Below are positions 1-11,591 of a stretch of DNA of 64,000 nt, piece by piece. The notes under the pieces were generated by a model that was not told the origin of the DNA, made no database searches, and saw only the letters and a program-made list of their open reading frames with translations. Within the stretch, counting starts at the first letter, position 1; every line of letters begins with the position of its first letter. The position numbers and the translations under genes were made by a program. This DNA is from Mustelus asterias (taxonomy: Eukaryota), in contig NC_135815.1 in NCBI RefSeq assembly GCF_964213995.1, forward strand, positions 57,226,001 through 57,290,000, given 5' to 3'.

Positions 1-23
1 CATACTTTCCTGTCATGGAGGAA

Positions 24-254
24 CTGATGTGGAGATGCCAGCGTTGGACTGGGATAAACACAGTAAGAAGTTTAACAACACCAGGTTAAAGTCCAACAGG
101 TTTATTTGGTAGCAAAAGCCACAAGCTTTCGGAGCCTTAAGCCCCTTCTTCAGGTGAGTGGGAATTCTGTTCACAAACAGGGCATATAAAGATACAAACT
201 CAATTTACAGAATAATGGTTGGAATGCGAATACCTACAGCTAATCAAGTCTTTC
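24..254 (-). mobile_element. Penelope-like element 3' end (pseudo-LTR) fragment
   Basis: Reverse complement closely matches the 3' UTR of the GIY-YIG element at ~14540-14723 (GCATTCCAACCATTATT...CCAAATAAACCTGTTGGACTTTAACCTGGTGTTG). Confidence 0.85.
119..161 (-). ncRNA. Minimal type I hammerhead ribozyme motif, core intact
   Basis: Minus strand reads CAC-CUGAAGA-A-GGGGC-UUAAG-GCUCC-GAAA-GCUU-GUG: both core boxes, a 5-bp stem II, CAC/GUG stem I and palindromic AGCU in place of stem III, as in Penelope hammerheads. Confidence 0.7.
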
Positions 255-745
255 AGGTCCTTAAACAGGGACCTTGAGCAGTAAGAAAGTGTGAGAGGTG
301 CCAAATCATTAACAGTGACAGTGAGAATGGTGCAGGGATATTAAGAGTGAGAGAGTGTGATAGGAGCAGGGACATTAACAATGAGAGTATGAGAGGAGCA
401 GCAAAATTAACAGTGAAAGTGTGAGAGGAGCCTGGTCAATAACCGTGAGAGAGTGTGAGAGAAACAGAGACATTAACAGTGAGAGAGTGTGAGAGGAGCA
501 GAGACATTAACAGTGAGAGTGCAAGAGGTGCAGGGACATCAGTGAGAGTGAGTGCAGAATGGACAATAACAGCGAGAATGCGAGAGGAGCAGGGACTTTA
601 ACAGTGAGGGTACAAGAGGAGCAGGGGCATTGACAATGGGAGTGTGAGAGGAGGAGAGACATCAACAGTGAGAGACTGTGAGGAGCAGGAACATTAACAG
701 TGAGAGGAGCACAGATATTAACAGTGAGAGTGCAGGATGAACATT
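255..745 (+). repeat. ~32-bp satellite (GAGGAGCAGGGACATTAACAGTGAGAGTGTGA)n, block 1
   Basis: Diverged tandem monomers with a recurrent CATTAACAGTGAG core. Confidence 0.9.
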
Positions 746-3700
746 GAGATTTTTGGGGTCGGACAGAGAGAGGATGTATCCCCTTTTCTTCGTGCTCTGC
801 CACTTTTGTTTCAGCTCAGGTCCAACCCTTGTTGCTCCCCATGATGCCTTGCCTTTATCCTGTGGCTTGTTGTCTTCTTGCCTCCTGGGCCTTTTTCTTA
901 TATATTATTATCATCCATGTTAGTTTTTTCTTCTATGGGGCGGTGTGTGGGGGAAAAGAAGCGTGATGGTCTGCTTCGGTCATGTTTTACGTGGTTGGGG
1001 GGGGGGAGGTGGTTGTTGAAGTGGTATGTTAGCAGGAGGGGGCTGCTACGTTGGGTGTTTACGTGTCTTCGGGTGCTGGAGTGGATGTCCAAGTGGTGTG
1101 TGTTGGAGAGTTGTTTTTTTTGGGGGGGGGTTTCTTAGATGGGGAGATTTTACATCTGTTGCTGGGTCAGATTCTGTTTTTTCAGAGAGGGGTTTGGGGG
1201 AGAAAAAAATAAAATAAATTTTTGTTTAGTGGGTGGGCCATTGAGGGGGTAATTGGTGGGCTACTGGGGGTGGGGGGAGCAAGAGGTCAGGCGGAGGGAT
1301 GAATATCCTGGGGGTTTCCTGATAGTGATGCCAGTGGATAGATTGTTGGTTGAAGGATGGTTTGTTGTTCTACCCTGTCTTGGTGCTTTAGCCTCCTGTG
1401 TGTGTCTGTTAGGGTGCATGGGGTGGGGGGGCTCCCAGAGCTGGTGGGATGGGGTGACTTTTTATACTTTGGGGGTGTTCTATGTCGTGGTGGGCAAGAT
1501 GTCGTGGTGTGGACTCGGGTAGTATATGTGGATTTGTCGTGGGGGCACTAGTTGGCAGAGCAAGTTGGTGTAGGGACATTCCCATTTATTTGGATGGTTT
1601 ATGGGTTTGGTATGAGGATTGCAGAGTTGCACTTTTAAACCTCTGCTTTTTTGGGGGGTTTATGGATTTCAGTCGCCATGTGACCGGGAGTATTATCCAT
1701 GTAGGGTTGCGCTTTTATACCTTTGCTCTTTTGGGGGTTTATATGTCTCCGCATGGATTAGTTCACCTACTCTAATACATTCCCATACATGTCCAATTAC
1801 CCCTATCCATTAAGGTGAAACTAGAGTGATCCCCCGGCCATACCTAAGACAATGTCTGAGGATCTTTTGTGTCTTCTATTTTTTATTTAAAAACTTTTAA
1901 ACTTTCTCACTCTGAAGCTGCTGTAGGTCGAATCTGGGTCCGGCTGGGGTTCATTCAGCTCCCGTTCATTCCACGTCTGGGCATAGCTGCGGTTAGTGTT
2001 TGGCCATTCTTGCCATCTCTCTCCATTAGAACCATAATGTAGGCTTAATTTTGCCCTCTTGGCTTTGTATCCCGACCGGTTTCGCTGCTTTCTTGCGCTT
2101 TATCAAGGGAGGGGAGAGTTGGTTTTGCCTTTCTTGGCTTTTTGTATCCTTTTTTCGGCCCTTTTTGGATCCTGTCTCCTCCAGTAAGTTCAGAGTGGGT
2201 GAGATGTGTCTGTTCAGATCTGATCCTGGCTACCTCTGTAAGTAAAGGAAGCTACCTGCCTGGACTTGTCCTTTATGTAGGCTTAAGTCCCACCTCTTCC
2301 TGTCCTCGAGTGACAGGAAGCTTTTGCAGCTCATTGCTCCCTCTGGGTTTGAGATCCCCCCCTTTTTCCATTCCTGAGTGACCAGGAGACAATGTGGTGT
2401 GTGGTCAGTTCTTGGCTTCTTTTGGGATGTGTTGGTAGTGGAAAGGTCTCCAGTGAAAAGTCTGGGTGCCTTATGTTCTTGTGTTTGTTGTGGAAAGGGG
2501 CTTGGAAGAGAAGAAAACGGTTTCCTGGTTTTTCTTATAGATCCAGAGGGTTGGGTTGGGGGTGGGGGGGGTGAGGGGGAGGGGGGGGTGAGGGGGAGGG
2601 GGGGTGAGGGGGAGGGGGGTGAGGGGGAGGGGGGGTGAGGGGGAGGGGGGGTGAGGGGGAGGGGGGGTGAGGGGGAGGGGGGGTGAGGGGGAGGGGGGGT
2701 GAGGGGGAGGGGGGGTGAGGGGGAGGGGGGGTGAGGGGGAGGGGGGGTGAGGGGGAGGGGGGGTGAGGGGGAGGGGGGGTGAGGGGGAGGGGGGGTGAGG
2801 GGGAGGGGGGGGGTGAGGGGGAGGGGGGGGTGAGGGGGAGGGGGGGGTGAGGGGGAGGGGGGTTGAGGGGGAGGGGGGGTGAGGGGGAGGGGGGGTGAGG
2901 GGGAGGGGGGGTGAGGGGGAGGGGGGGTGAGGGGGAGGGGGGTGAGGGGGAGGGGGGTGAGGGGGAAGGGGGGTGAGGGGGAGGGGGGGTGAGGGGGAGA
3001 GGGGGGTGAGAGGATGGGGGGGAGGGGGGAGGGAGGTGAGGGGGGTGAGGGGGAGGGGGGGTGAGGGGGAGGGGGGTGAGGGGGAGGGGGGTGAGGGGGA
3101 GGGGGGGGTGAGGGTGGGGGGAGGTGAGGGGGGAGGGGTGAAGGGGAGGGGTGGGGGGGAGGGGTGAGGGGGAGGGGTGAGGGGGGAGGGGTGAGGGGGG
3201 GGCTGGGCAGGGGGGGCTGGGCAGGGGGGGCTGGGCGGGGGGGCTGGGCAGGGGGGGGTGGGCGGGGGGGCGGGGTGGTTGGCGGGGGGGGGGGGTCAGA
3301 CCGCAGACTGGAGTGGGGGGAGAGGGAGGAGAAAGAGGGGGAGAGAATGGTGTGGGGAGGAGATAGTGAGGGAGAGAATGGTCCACGGAGGAGAGAGACA
3401 GAGAGGGAGCGAGTGGTCGGAGGAGAAAAGGGGGGTTTGGGGGGAGGCGGGGAGAGAATAGTCCGGAGAGGAGAGAGAGACATAGAGAGACAGAAAAAGA
3501 ATGATCTGGGGAAGAGGAAAAATAGTCCAGGTAGGAGAGAGTGAGAGAGAATGGTCCGGGGAGGAGAGCGAGCGAGAGCAAGGGAGACAGTTTGGTTCCC
3601 AGGTGGTGATGTATTTTCTCTAATGTTTTGGGTTCTTTCCTTTCCTGTTACCTTTTTGTGGGGTCTTGCTGGGGGTGAGTGATAAATATTGTCTTCATGT

Positions 3701-4136
3701 TCAGTGTCAGGTTGTGAGACAGTGAGGGGGAAGGGGCAGGAAAGAAAGAAAATTAAGGGGTCTTTTTAGTCTGTGGTCCGTTTGTTGGGGGGTGGTCGGG
3801 AGGGCCCTGGGATATTGAGTCAGGGACGTTTTGTTGGGGAGTGGGATGTGTGCGTTAGGCTTTCATTGCCAGCCCTCTGTGTTCTTCATATTTTGGGCTT
3901 TTTCTTTCCTTTTCGTTGGCTGTGCATGGTGGGCGTGTCACACAGATTTTTGGGGTCGGACAGAGGGAGGACATATCCCCTTTTCTTCGTGCTCTGCCAC
4001 TTTTCTTTCAGCTCACGTCCAACCCTTGTTGTTTGCCTTTATCCTGTGGCTTGTTGTCTTCTTGCCTCATGGGCCTTTTTCTTATTAGATATTATTATCC
4101 GTGTTAGTTTTTTCTTGTGTGGGGGAAAAGCAGCAT
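746..4136. repeat. Unclassified G/T-skewed repeat unit with ~200-bp terminal direct repeats
   Basis: 746-966 matches 3944-4136. The unit start recurs at 4556-4590, and 1843-2380 recurs at 8917-9435. Confidence 0.65.
2556..3296 (+). repeat. G-rich minisatellite (~16-bp GGGGGGGTGAGGGGGA)n
   Basis: Directly visible. It explains the spurious poly-Pro/Gly ORFs. Confidence 0.95.
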
Positions 4137-4555
4137 GAAAAGAGCAGAGACATTAACAGTGAGACTGCGAGAGGAGCAGGGACGTCAACAATGAGAGTGT
4201 GAGGAGCAGCGACATTAACAGTGAGGGTGTGGGAGGAGGAGAAACATTAACAGTGAGAGACTGAGAACAACAGGGACATTAATTGAGAGAGTGCGAGGGG
4301 GCAGGAACATTAACAATGAGAGTGCAAGAGGAGCAGACATTAACAGTGAGAGAGTGAGAGAGCGTGAGAAAAACAGGGAATTCAGCGGTAAGAAGGTGCG
4401 AGAGATGCTGAACCATTAACAGTGACAGGGAGAATGGAGCAGGGATATTAACAGTGAGAGATTGAGAGAGGAGCAGGGACATTAACAGTGAGAGAGTGAG
4501 AGAGGAGCAGGGACATTAACAGTGAGAGTTCAAGAGGTACAGGGACATTAACAGT
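4137..4555 (+). repeat. ~32-bp satellite, block 2
   Basis: Same monomer as 255-745. Confidence 0.9.
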
Positions 4556-4588
4556 GAGATTTTTGGGGTCGGACAGAGAGGATATATC

Positions 4589-7500
4589 CCTGGTTTGTCC
4601 TTCCAAAGTACAATACCTCACGCTTGTCTGCATTAAACTCCATCTGCCATTTTTCAGCCCATTTTTCTAGTTGGTCCAAATCCCTCTGCAAGCTTTGAAA
4701 ACCTTCCACACTGTCCGCTACACCTCCAATCTTTGTATCATCAGCAAATTTGCTGATCCAATTTACCACATTATCATCCAGATCATTGATATAGATGACA
4801 AACAACAATGGACCCAGCACTGATCCCTACGGCACACCACTAGTCACAGGCCTCCACTCAGAGAAGCAATCCTCCACAACCACTCTCTGGCTTCTTCCAT
4901 TGAGCCGATGTCTAATCCAATTTACTACCTCTCCATGTATACCTAGCGACTGAACCTTCTTAACTAACCTCCCATGTGGGACCTTGTCAAAGGCCTTACT
5001 GAAGTCCATGTAGACAGCATCCACTGACTTCCCTTCATCTACTTTCCTGGTAACCTCCTCGAAAAACTAATAGATTGGTTAAACATGACCTCCCACGCAC
5101 AAAGCCATGTTGACTCTCCCTAATAAGTCCCTGTCTATCCAAATATTTGTAGATCCTATCTCTTAGTACTCCTTCCAATAATTTACCTACTACTGATGTC
5201 AAACTTACCGGCCTATAATTTCCCGCATTACTTTTTGAGCCTTTTTTAAACAGAACAACATGAGCTATCCTCCAATCATCTGGCACCTCACCCATGGATA
5301 CCGACATTTTAAATATATCTGCCAGGGCCCCTGCAATTTCAACACTAGTCTCCTTCAAGGTCCAAGGGAATACCCTGTCCGGTCCTGGGGATTTATCTAC
5401 TCTGATTTGCCTCAAGACAGCAAGCACCTCCTCCCCTTTAATCTGTATAGGTTCCATGACCTCCCTACTTGTTTGCCTTATTTCCATGGACTCTATGCCA
5501 GTTTCCTTAGTAAATATGGATGCGAAAAACCCATTTAATATCTTCCCCATTTCTTTTGGTTCCATACATAGCCGACCACTCTGAGTGGACCAATTTTATC
5601 CCTTACTATCCTTTTGCTCTTAATATACCTGTAGAAGCTCTTAGGATTATCCTTCACCTTGTCTGCCAAAGCAACCTCGTCTTCTTTTAGCCCTCCTGAT
5701 TTCTTTCTTAAGTCGTTTCTTGCACTTTTTATACTCCTCAAGCATCTTATTTGCTCCTTGTTGCCTATACATGTCATACATCTCTCTCTTCTTCTTTATC
5801 AGAGTTCCAATATCCCTCGAGAACCAAGGTTCCTTATTCTTATTCACTTTGCCTTTAATCCTGACAGGAACATACAAACTCTGCACTCTCAAAATTTCTC
5901 CTTTGAAGGCTTCCCACTTACCATTCACATCCTTGCCAGAGAACAGCCTGTTCCAATCCACACTTTTTAGATCCTTTCTCATTTCTTCAAATTTGGCCTT
6001 TTTCCAGTTTAGAACCTCAACCCGAGGACCAGATCTATCTTTATCCATGATCAAGTTGAAACTAATGGCGTTATGATCACTGGAACCAAAGTGTTCCCCT
6101 ACACACACTTCCATCACTTGTCCTAACTCGTTTCCTAATAGGAGATCTAATATTGCATCCTGTCTAGTTGATACCTCTATATATTGATTTAGAAAATTTT
6201 CCTGAACACATTTTACAAACTCTAACCTGTCTAGACCTTTAACGGTATGGGAGTCCCAATCTATATGTGGAAAATTAAAATCCCCTACTATCACAACTTT
6301 ATGTTTCCTGCAGTTGTCTGCTATCTCTCTGCAGATTTGCTCCTTCAATTCTCGCTGACTATTGGGTGGTCTATAATACAACCCCATTAATGTGGTCACA
6401 CCTTTCTCAGCTCCACCTATATGGCCTTGGTAGACAAGCCCTCTAATCTGTCCTGCCTGAGCACTGCTGTAACATTTTCCCTGACTAGCAATACCACCCC
6501 CCCACCCTTCATCCCTCTGCCTCTATCACATCTGAAACATCGGAACCCTGGAACATTGAGCTGCCAGTCCTGCCCCTCCTGTAGCCAAGTTTCACTAATG
6601 GCTATAATGTCATAATTCCATGTGTCAATCCATGCCCTCAACCCGTCTGCCTTCCCCACAATACTCCTGGTATTGAAATAGACACACCTCAGAAGATTAT
6701 TACCACCACACGTTCACTCTATCTTCAGGGGGCTGAAGGGTGGATCAGTAAATTTGCTGATGACACCAAGATTGGTGGAGTCGTGGATGAGGTGGAGGGC
6801 TGTTGTAGGCTGCAAAGAGACATAGATAGGATGCAAAGCTGGGCTGAAAAATGGCAAATGGAGTTTAACCCTGATAAATGTGAGGTGATTCATTTTGGTA
6901 GGACTAATTTAAATGTGGATTACAGGGTCAAAGGTAGGGTTCTGAAGACTGGAGGAACAGAGAGATCTTGGGGTCCATATCCACAGATCTCTAAAGGTTG
7001 CCACTCAAGTGGATAGAGCTGTGAAGAAGGCCTACAGTGTGTTAGCTTTTGTTAACAGGGGGTTGGAGTTTAAGAGCCGTGGGGTTATGCTGCAACTGTA
7101 CAGGACCTTGGTGAGACCACATTTGGAATATTGTGTGCAGTTCTGGTCACCTCACTATAAGAAGGATGTGGAAGCGCTGGAAAGAGTGCAGAGAAGATTT
7201 ACCAGGATGCTGCCTGGTTTGGAGGGTAGGTCTTATGAGGAAAGGTTGAGGGAGCTAGGGCTGTTCTCTCTGGAGCGGAGGAGGCTGAGGGGAGACTTAG
7301 AGGTTTATAAAATGATGAAGGGGATAGATAGAGTGAACGTTCAAAGACTATTTCCTCGGGTGGATGGAGCTATTACAAGGGGGCATAACTATAGGGTTCA
7401 TGGTGGGAGATATAGGAAGGATATCAGAGGTAGGTTCTTTACGCAGAGAGTGGTTGGGGTGTGGAATGGACTGCCTGCAGTGATAGTGGAGTCAGACACT

Positions 7501-8915
7501 TTAGGAACATTTAAGCGGTTATTGGATAGGCACATGGAGCACACCAGGATGATAGGGAGTGGGATAGCTTGATCTTGCTTTCAGATAAAGCCCACAACAT
7601 CGTGGGCTGAAGGGCCTGTTCTGTGCTGTACTGTTCTATGTTCTATGTTCACACACAACCCTTCTATTTGTGATTTTGCTTGAACTATTAACATCATTTA
7701 TTTTCACCCCCACTCCACTATCTGCTCTGGCACTCTGGTTCCCATCCCCCTGCAAATCTAGTTTAAACGCTCCCCAATAACACTAGCAAATCTCCCTGCA
7801 AGTATATTGGTCCCCTTGTAGTTCAGGTGTAACCCGTCTCTCTTGTACAGGTCCCACCTGCCCCAGAAGAGGTCCCAATGATCTAGAAATCTGAAACCCT
7901 GCCCCCTACACCAGTTCCTCAGCCACGTGTTCATCCGCCCGAGCATCCTACTCTTACCCTCACTGGCACGTGGCACAGGTAGCAATCGTGAGATTACTAC
8001 CCTCGGGGTCCTGCTTTTTAACTTCCTACCAAGCTCTCTATACACACTCTTCCGGACCTCCTCACTCTTCCTTCCTACGTCATTGGTACCGATGTGTACC
8101 ATGACATCTGGCTGATCACCCTCCCACTTCAGAATGCTGTGCACGCGATCAGAGACATCCCTGACGCTGGCACCTGGGAGGCAACAAACCATCCGGGAGT
8201 CTCTGTCACGACCACAGAACCTCCTGTCTGTACCTCTGACTATCGTGTCCCCTATCACTACCGCTCTCCTCCTCTTCCACCCTCCCTCCTGCGCTGCAGA
8301 GCTAGACTCAGTGCCAGAGATCCGGCTGCCGCAGCTTGTCCCAGGTAAGGCATCCCCCACAACAATATCCAAATCGGTATACCTGTTGTGGAGGGGAATG
8401 GCCACAGGGAAACCCTGCTCTGCCTGCCCTTTCCCTCGCTTGACGGTAACCCAAGTACCTGTGCTCTGTGCCTTTGGCGTTACTGCCTCCCTGAAGCTAC
8501 CATCTATAAACTCCTCATTCTCCCGAATGATTCGGAGGTCATCCAGCTCCTGCTCCGGTTCCCTGATGCGGTTTGTTAGGAGCTGCAGCTGGATGCACCT
8601 CTTGCAGGTGTCGTTGTCAGGGAGACCTCCGATGAACACGTGGCTGAGGAACTGGTGCAAGGGGCAGGGTTTCAGATTTCTAGATCATTGGGACCTCTTC
8701 TGGGGCAGGTGGGACCTGTACAAGAGAGACGGGTTACACCTGAACTACAAGGGGACCAATATACTTGCAGGGAGGTTTGCTAGTGTTATTGGGGAGCGTT
8801 TAAACTAGATTTGCAGGGGGATGGGAACCAGAGTGCCAGAGCAGATAGTGGAGTGGGGGTGAAAATAAGTCCGGTCTCCCTGACTTCCCACATCCTGCAA
8901 GAGAAGCATTCCAAC
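4589..8915 (-). mobile_element. CR1 LINE, nearly full ORF1+ORF2, frameshifted, truncated at both ends and interrupted by another CR1
   Basis: ORF1 has a zinc finger/leucine zipper and SGNH esterase (VIGDTIVRG, HIGTND, DGLHLN; 7758-8915). ORF2 has an APE endonuclease (IIAISETW, GDFN, SDHN; 5647-6659) and RT ([24 protein letters not shown]; 4589-5565). Confidence 0.95.
6728..7650 (+). mobile_element. CR1/HER1-type LINE, 5'-truncated young copy nested in the minus-strand CR1
   Basis: KFADDTK...RPHLEYCVQFWSP...RGHNY C-terminus with a (TTCTATG)n tail. Near-identical to 58964-59890. Confidence 0.95.
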
Positions 8916-8916
8916 A

Positions 8917-9535
8917 TCTAAGACAATGTCTGAGGATCTTTTGTGTGTTCTATTTTTTGACAAAAAAATTTTAAACTTTCTCACTCACTCTGAAGCTGCT
9001 GTAGGTCGATTCCAGGTCCGGCTGCGGTTCATTCAGCTCCCAGTCATTCCACGTCCGGGTGTAGCTACAGATAGTGTTTGGCCATTCTTGCCATCTCTCT
9101 TCATTAGAGCCGTAACTTAGGCTTACTATCCCGACCAGTTTCGCTGCTTTCTTGCGCTTTATCAAGGGAGGGGAGAGTTGGTTTTGCCGTTCTTGGCTTT
9201 TTGTATCCTTTTTTCCACCCTTTTTGGATCCTGTCTCCTCCAGTAAGTTCAGGATGGGTGAGATGTGTCTGTTCAGATCTGATCCTGGCTACCTCTGTAG
9301 GTAAAGGAAGCTACCTGCCTGGACTTGTCCTTTATGTAGGCTTAAGTCCCACCTCTTCCTGTCCTCGAGTGACAGGAAGCTTTTGCACGACATTGGCTCC
9401 CTATGGGTTTGGGATCCGCCCCCTCATCCCTGAATGATAGACGTGATACCCTCCCTGTACCTATAATGTTCATAGGTTTAAGTGCTACCCCCTTCTATCC
9501 TCGAGTGGCAGGAAGCTTTTGTTGCTCATTGGTTC
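8917..9535. repeat. Second copy of the internal part (1843-2380) of the unclassified unit
   Basis: CTAAGACAATGTCTGAGGATCTTTTGTGT... aligns colinearly with 1843 onward. Confidence 0.85.
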
Positions 9536-9860
9536 CTGGATATAAATTGTCCCATTGGTAAGACGCAGCATGGGTTCATGAAGGGCAAGTCATGTTTGAC
9601 TAATTTGGTGGAATTCTTTGAGAACATTACATGTGCAGTGGACAATGGGGAACCTGTGGATGTGGTGTATCTGGATTTCCAGAAGGCATTTGACAAGGTG
9701 CCGCACCAAAGACTGCTTCATAAGATAAAGATGCACAGTGTTACAGGTAATGCATTAGCATGGATAGAGGATTGGTTAACTAACAGAAAGCAAAGAGTGG
9801 GGGTAAATGGGTGTTTTTCTGGTTGGCGATCAGTGACTCAGGCTGCCTCAGGGATCAGTG
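9536..9860 (+). mobile_element. CR1 RT fragment
   Basis: [14 protein letters not shown]...[13 protein letters not shown]; runs into the gap. Confidence 0.9.
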
Positions 9861-10060
9861 NNNNNNNNNNNNNNNNNNNNNNNNNNNNNNNNNNNNNNNN
9901 NNNNNNNNNNNNNNNNNNNNNNNNNNNNNNNNNNNNNNNNNNNNNNNNNNNNNNNNNNNNNNNNNNNNNNNNNNNNNNNNNNNNNNNNNNNNNNNNNNNN
10001 NNNNNNNNNNNNNNNNNNNNNNNNNNNNNNNNNNNNNNNNNNNNNNNNNNNNNNNNNNNN
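9861..10060. other. Assembly gap (200 N)
   Basis: Run of N. Confidence 1.
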
Positions 10061-10550
10061 TCTGCCCCTCTCGCACTCTCACTGTTAACATCCTCCGCTA
10101 CTCTCACACTGTCTCACTGTTAATGTCACTGCTTATCCTGCACTCTCACTGTTAATATTCCTGCTCCTCTCGCATTATCACTGTTAATGTCACTCCTCCT
10201 TGCACCCTCACTGTTAATGGTTTGTCCATCCTGCTGTCACTCTCTCACTGCTGATCTCCCTGCACCACTTGCACTCTCACTGTTAATGTCTCTGCGCCTC
10301 TCACACTCGCTCACTGTTAATATCCCTGCTCCACTCTCACTGCTAATGGTTTGGCACCTCTCTCACTTTCTTACTACTAAAGGTCCCTGCTTTCTCACTC
10401 TCTCTCACTGTTAATGTCAACATTGAGGGTACAAAAGGAGCACGGACATTAACAGTGAGAGAGCGAGAGGAGGAGGGACATTAACAGTGAGGGAGTGTGG
10501 GCAGAGCAGAGACATTAACAGTGAGAGTGTGAGAGAAGCAGGGACATTAA

Positions 10551-11591
10551 GGGCCCGATTTTACCATTGCGAGCGCGAAAACATGGTAAAGTCGGGTGTG
10601 AGGCCATTAACGCGATCCGCGCAGATTGCCATTTTACCGAAACCTGGGAATGGCGGCGATTTGATTCGCACCCAAAACGGGCGCAACGATGATTTAAATG
10701 CATTTGCATGCACTTAAATTGAATTAATGAACTGCCCACCCAACTTTATCAGCATTTCCCCCTTTACCACCACGTTTGCCAATCTGGAACCGCGCTGTAA
10801 TGGACCTGCTAAATAAAAGTCTGAATCGGGCGCTCCAGCTGCTGAAGAGCGCGGTCAGTGCTTCCAATGGCTCTCTGACTCAGATCAGTGGTGGGAGGGA
10901 GGAGGGAGGTGGGTCAGATCATTCTCTGGTTGGGGTGGGGGGTGATGAGTGAGCCAGATCGTGTCTGGTTGGGGGGGGGGGGGGGGGGAGGAGGAGGAGG
11001 CGGGTCAGATCATTCTCTGGTTGGGCAGGGGGGGGGGTGATGAGTGAGGCTAGATCGTTGTCTGGGGGTGGGGGGAGGAGGGAGGTCTGATCACTCACTA
11101 GTGGGGGGGAGGGGGGGTGGTCAGATGGATCTTTGGTGGGGGGGGCGGGGACAGGGGAGTCCGCTGCCACTCTGCGGGCGATCGGTGGGGGGGAGGAGGG
11201 GCAGGGATAGCGATCGGTCTGGGTAGCCGGGGGGGCGATGAATAAGGGGGACAGTGATGTGTGTGGGTAGAGGGGGGGTGGATAAGGGGGACAGTGATGT
11301 GTGTGTGCACCATCGCTGCCGCTTGTCGCTCCCGGGCCGCTTTCTCCGCTTTCTGCGGCCCGGGAGTGATCTGACACGGGCGCGCTTTTTCAAATGTTTT
11401 TCTAACTGCGCATGCGCAGTTCAGAGCTCCGATCGTTTCGGCCGCGCTAAGCCCCGCCCACAGCGCGAATGGGACTGGAGATGTTTTTTTCAGGCTGAGT
11501 GCGTATGGGGGCCTCTGAAAACAGATTTCTAAGTCAGATCTGCATTACGCCCAGATTCAGCACTTGGAATGAAAATGGTAAAATCGGGCCC
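10551..11591. mobile_element. Non-autonomous PIF/Harbinger-type DNA transposon (MITE)
   Basis: Perfect 18-bp TIR GGGCCCGATTTTACCATT. A 3-bp TAA TSD splits a satellite monomer (GACAT-TAA|element|TAA-CAGTGAG). Confidence 0.9.

Noticed and set aside
255-745. CRISPR-like array or V(D)J RSS heptamers in the ~32-bp repeats
   Set aside because: The monomers are contiguous and diverged with no unique spacers and no cas genes. AACAGTG is not CACAGTG and no nonamer follows.
746-1840. NUMT, suggested by the G/T strand skew
   Set aside because: No mitochondrial gene, rRNA or tRNA is recognisable on either strand.
2556-3296. Immunoglobulin switch-like region or telomeric repeat
   Set aside because: No AGCT motif density, no Ig exons and no TTAGGG units.
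2230-3581. Long proline-rich (extensin/formin-like) ORFs of 417 and 348 aa
   Set aside because: They are translations of the G-rich minisatellite, open in several frames simply because stops are lacking.
8134-8808. 224-aa plus-strand ORF ending in an esterase motif
   Set aside because: It is a chimera of antisense CR1 ORF1 and the inverted 238-bp duplication, not a gene.
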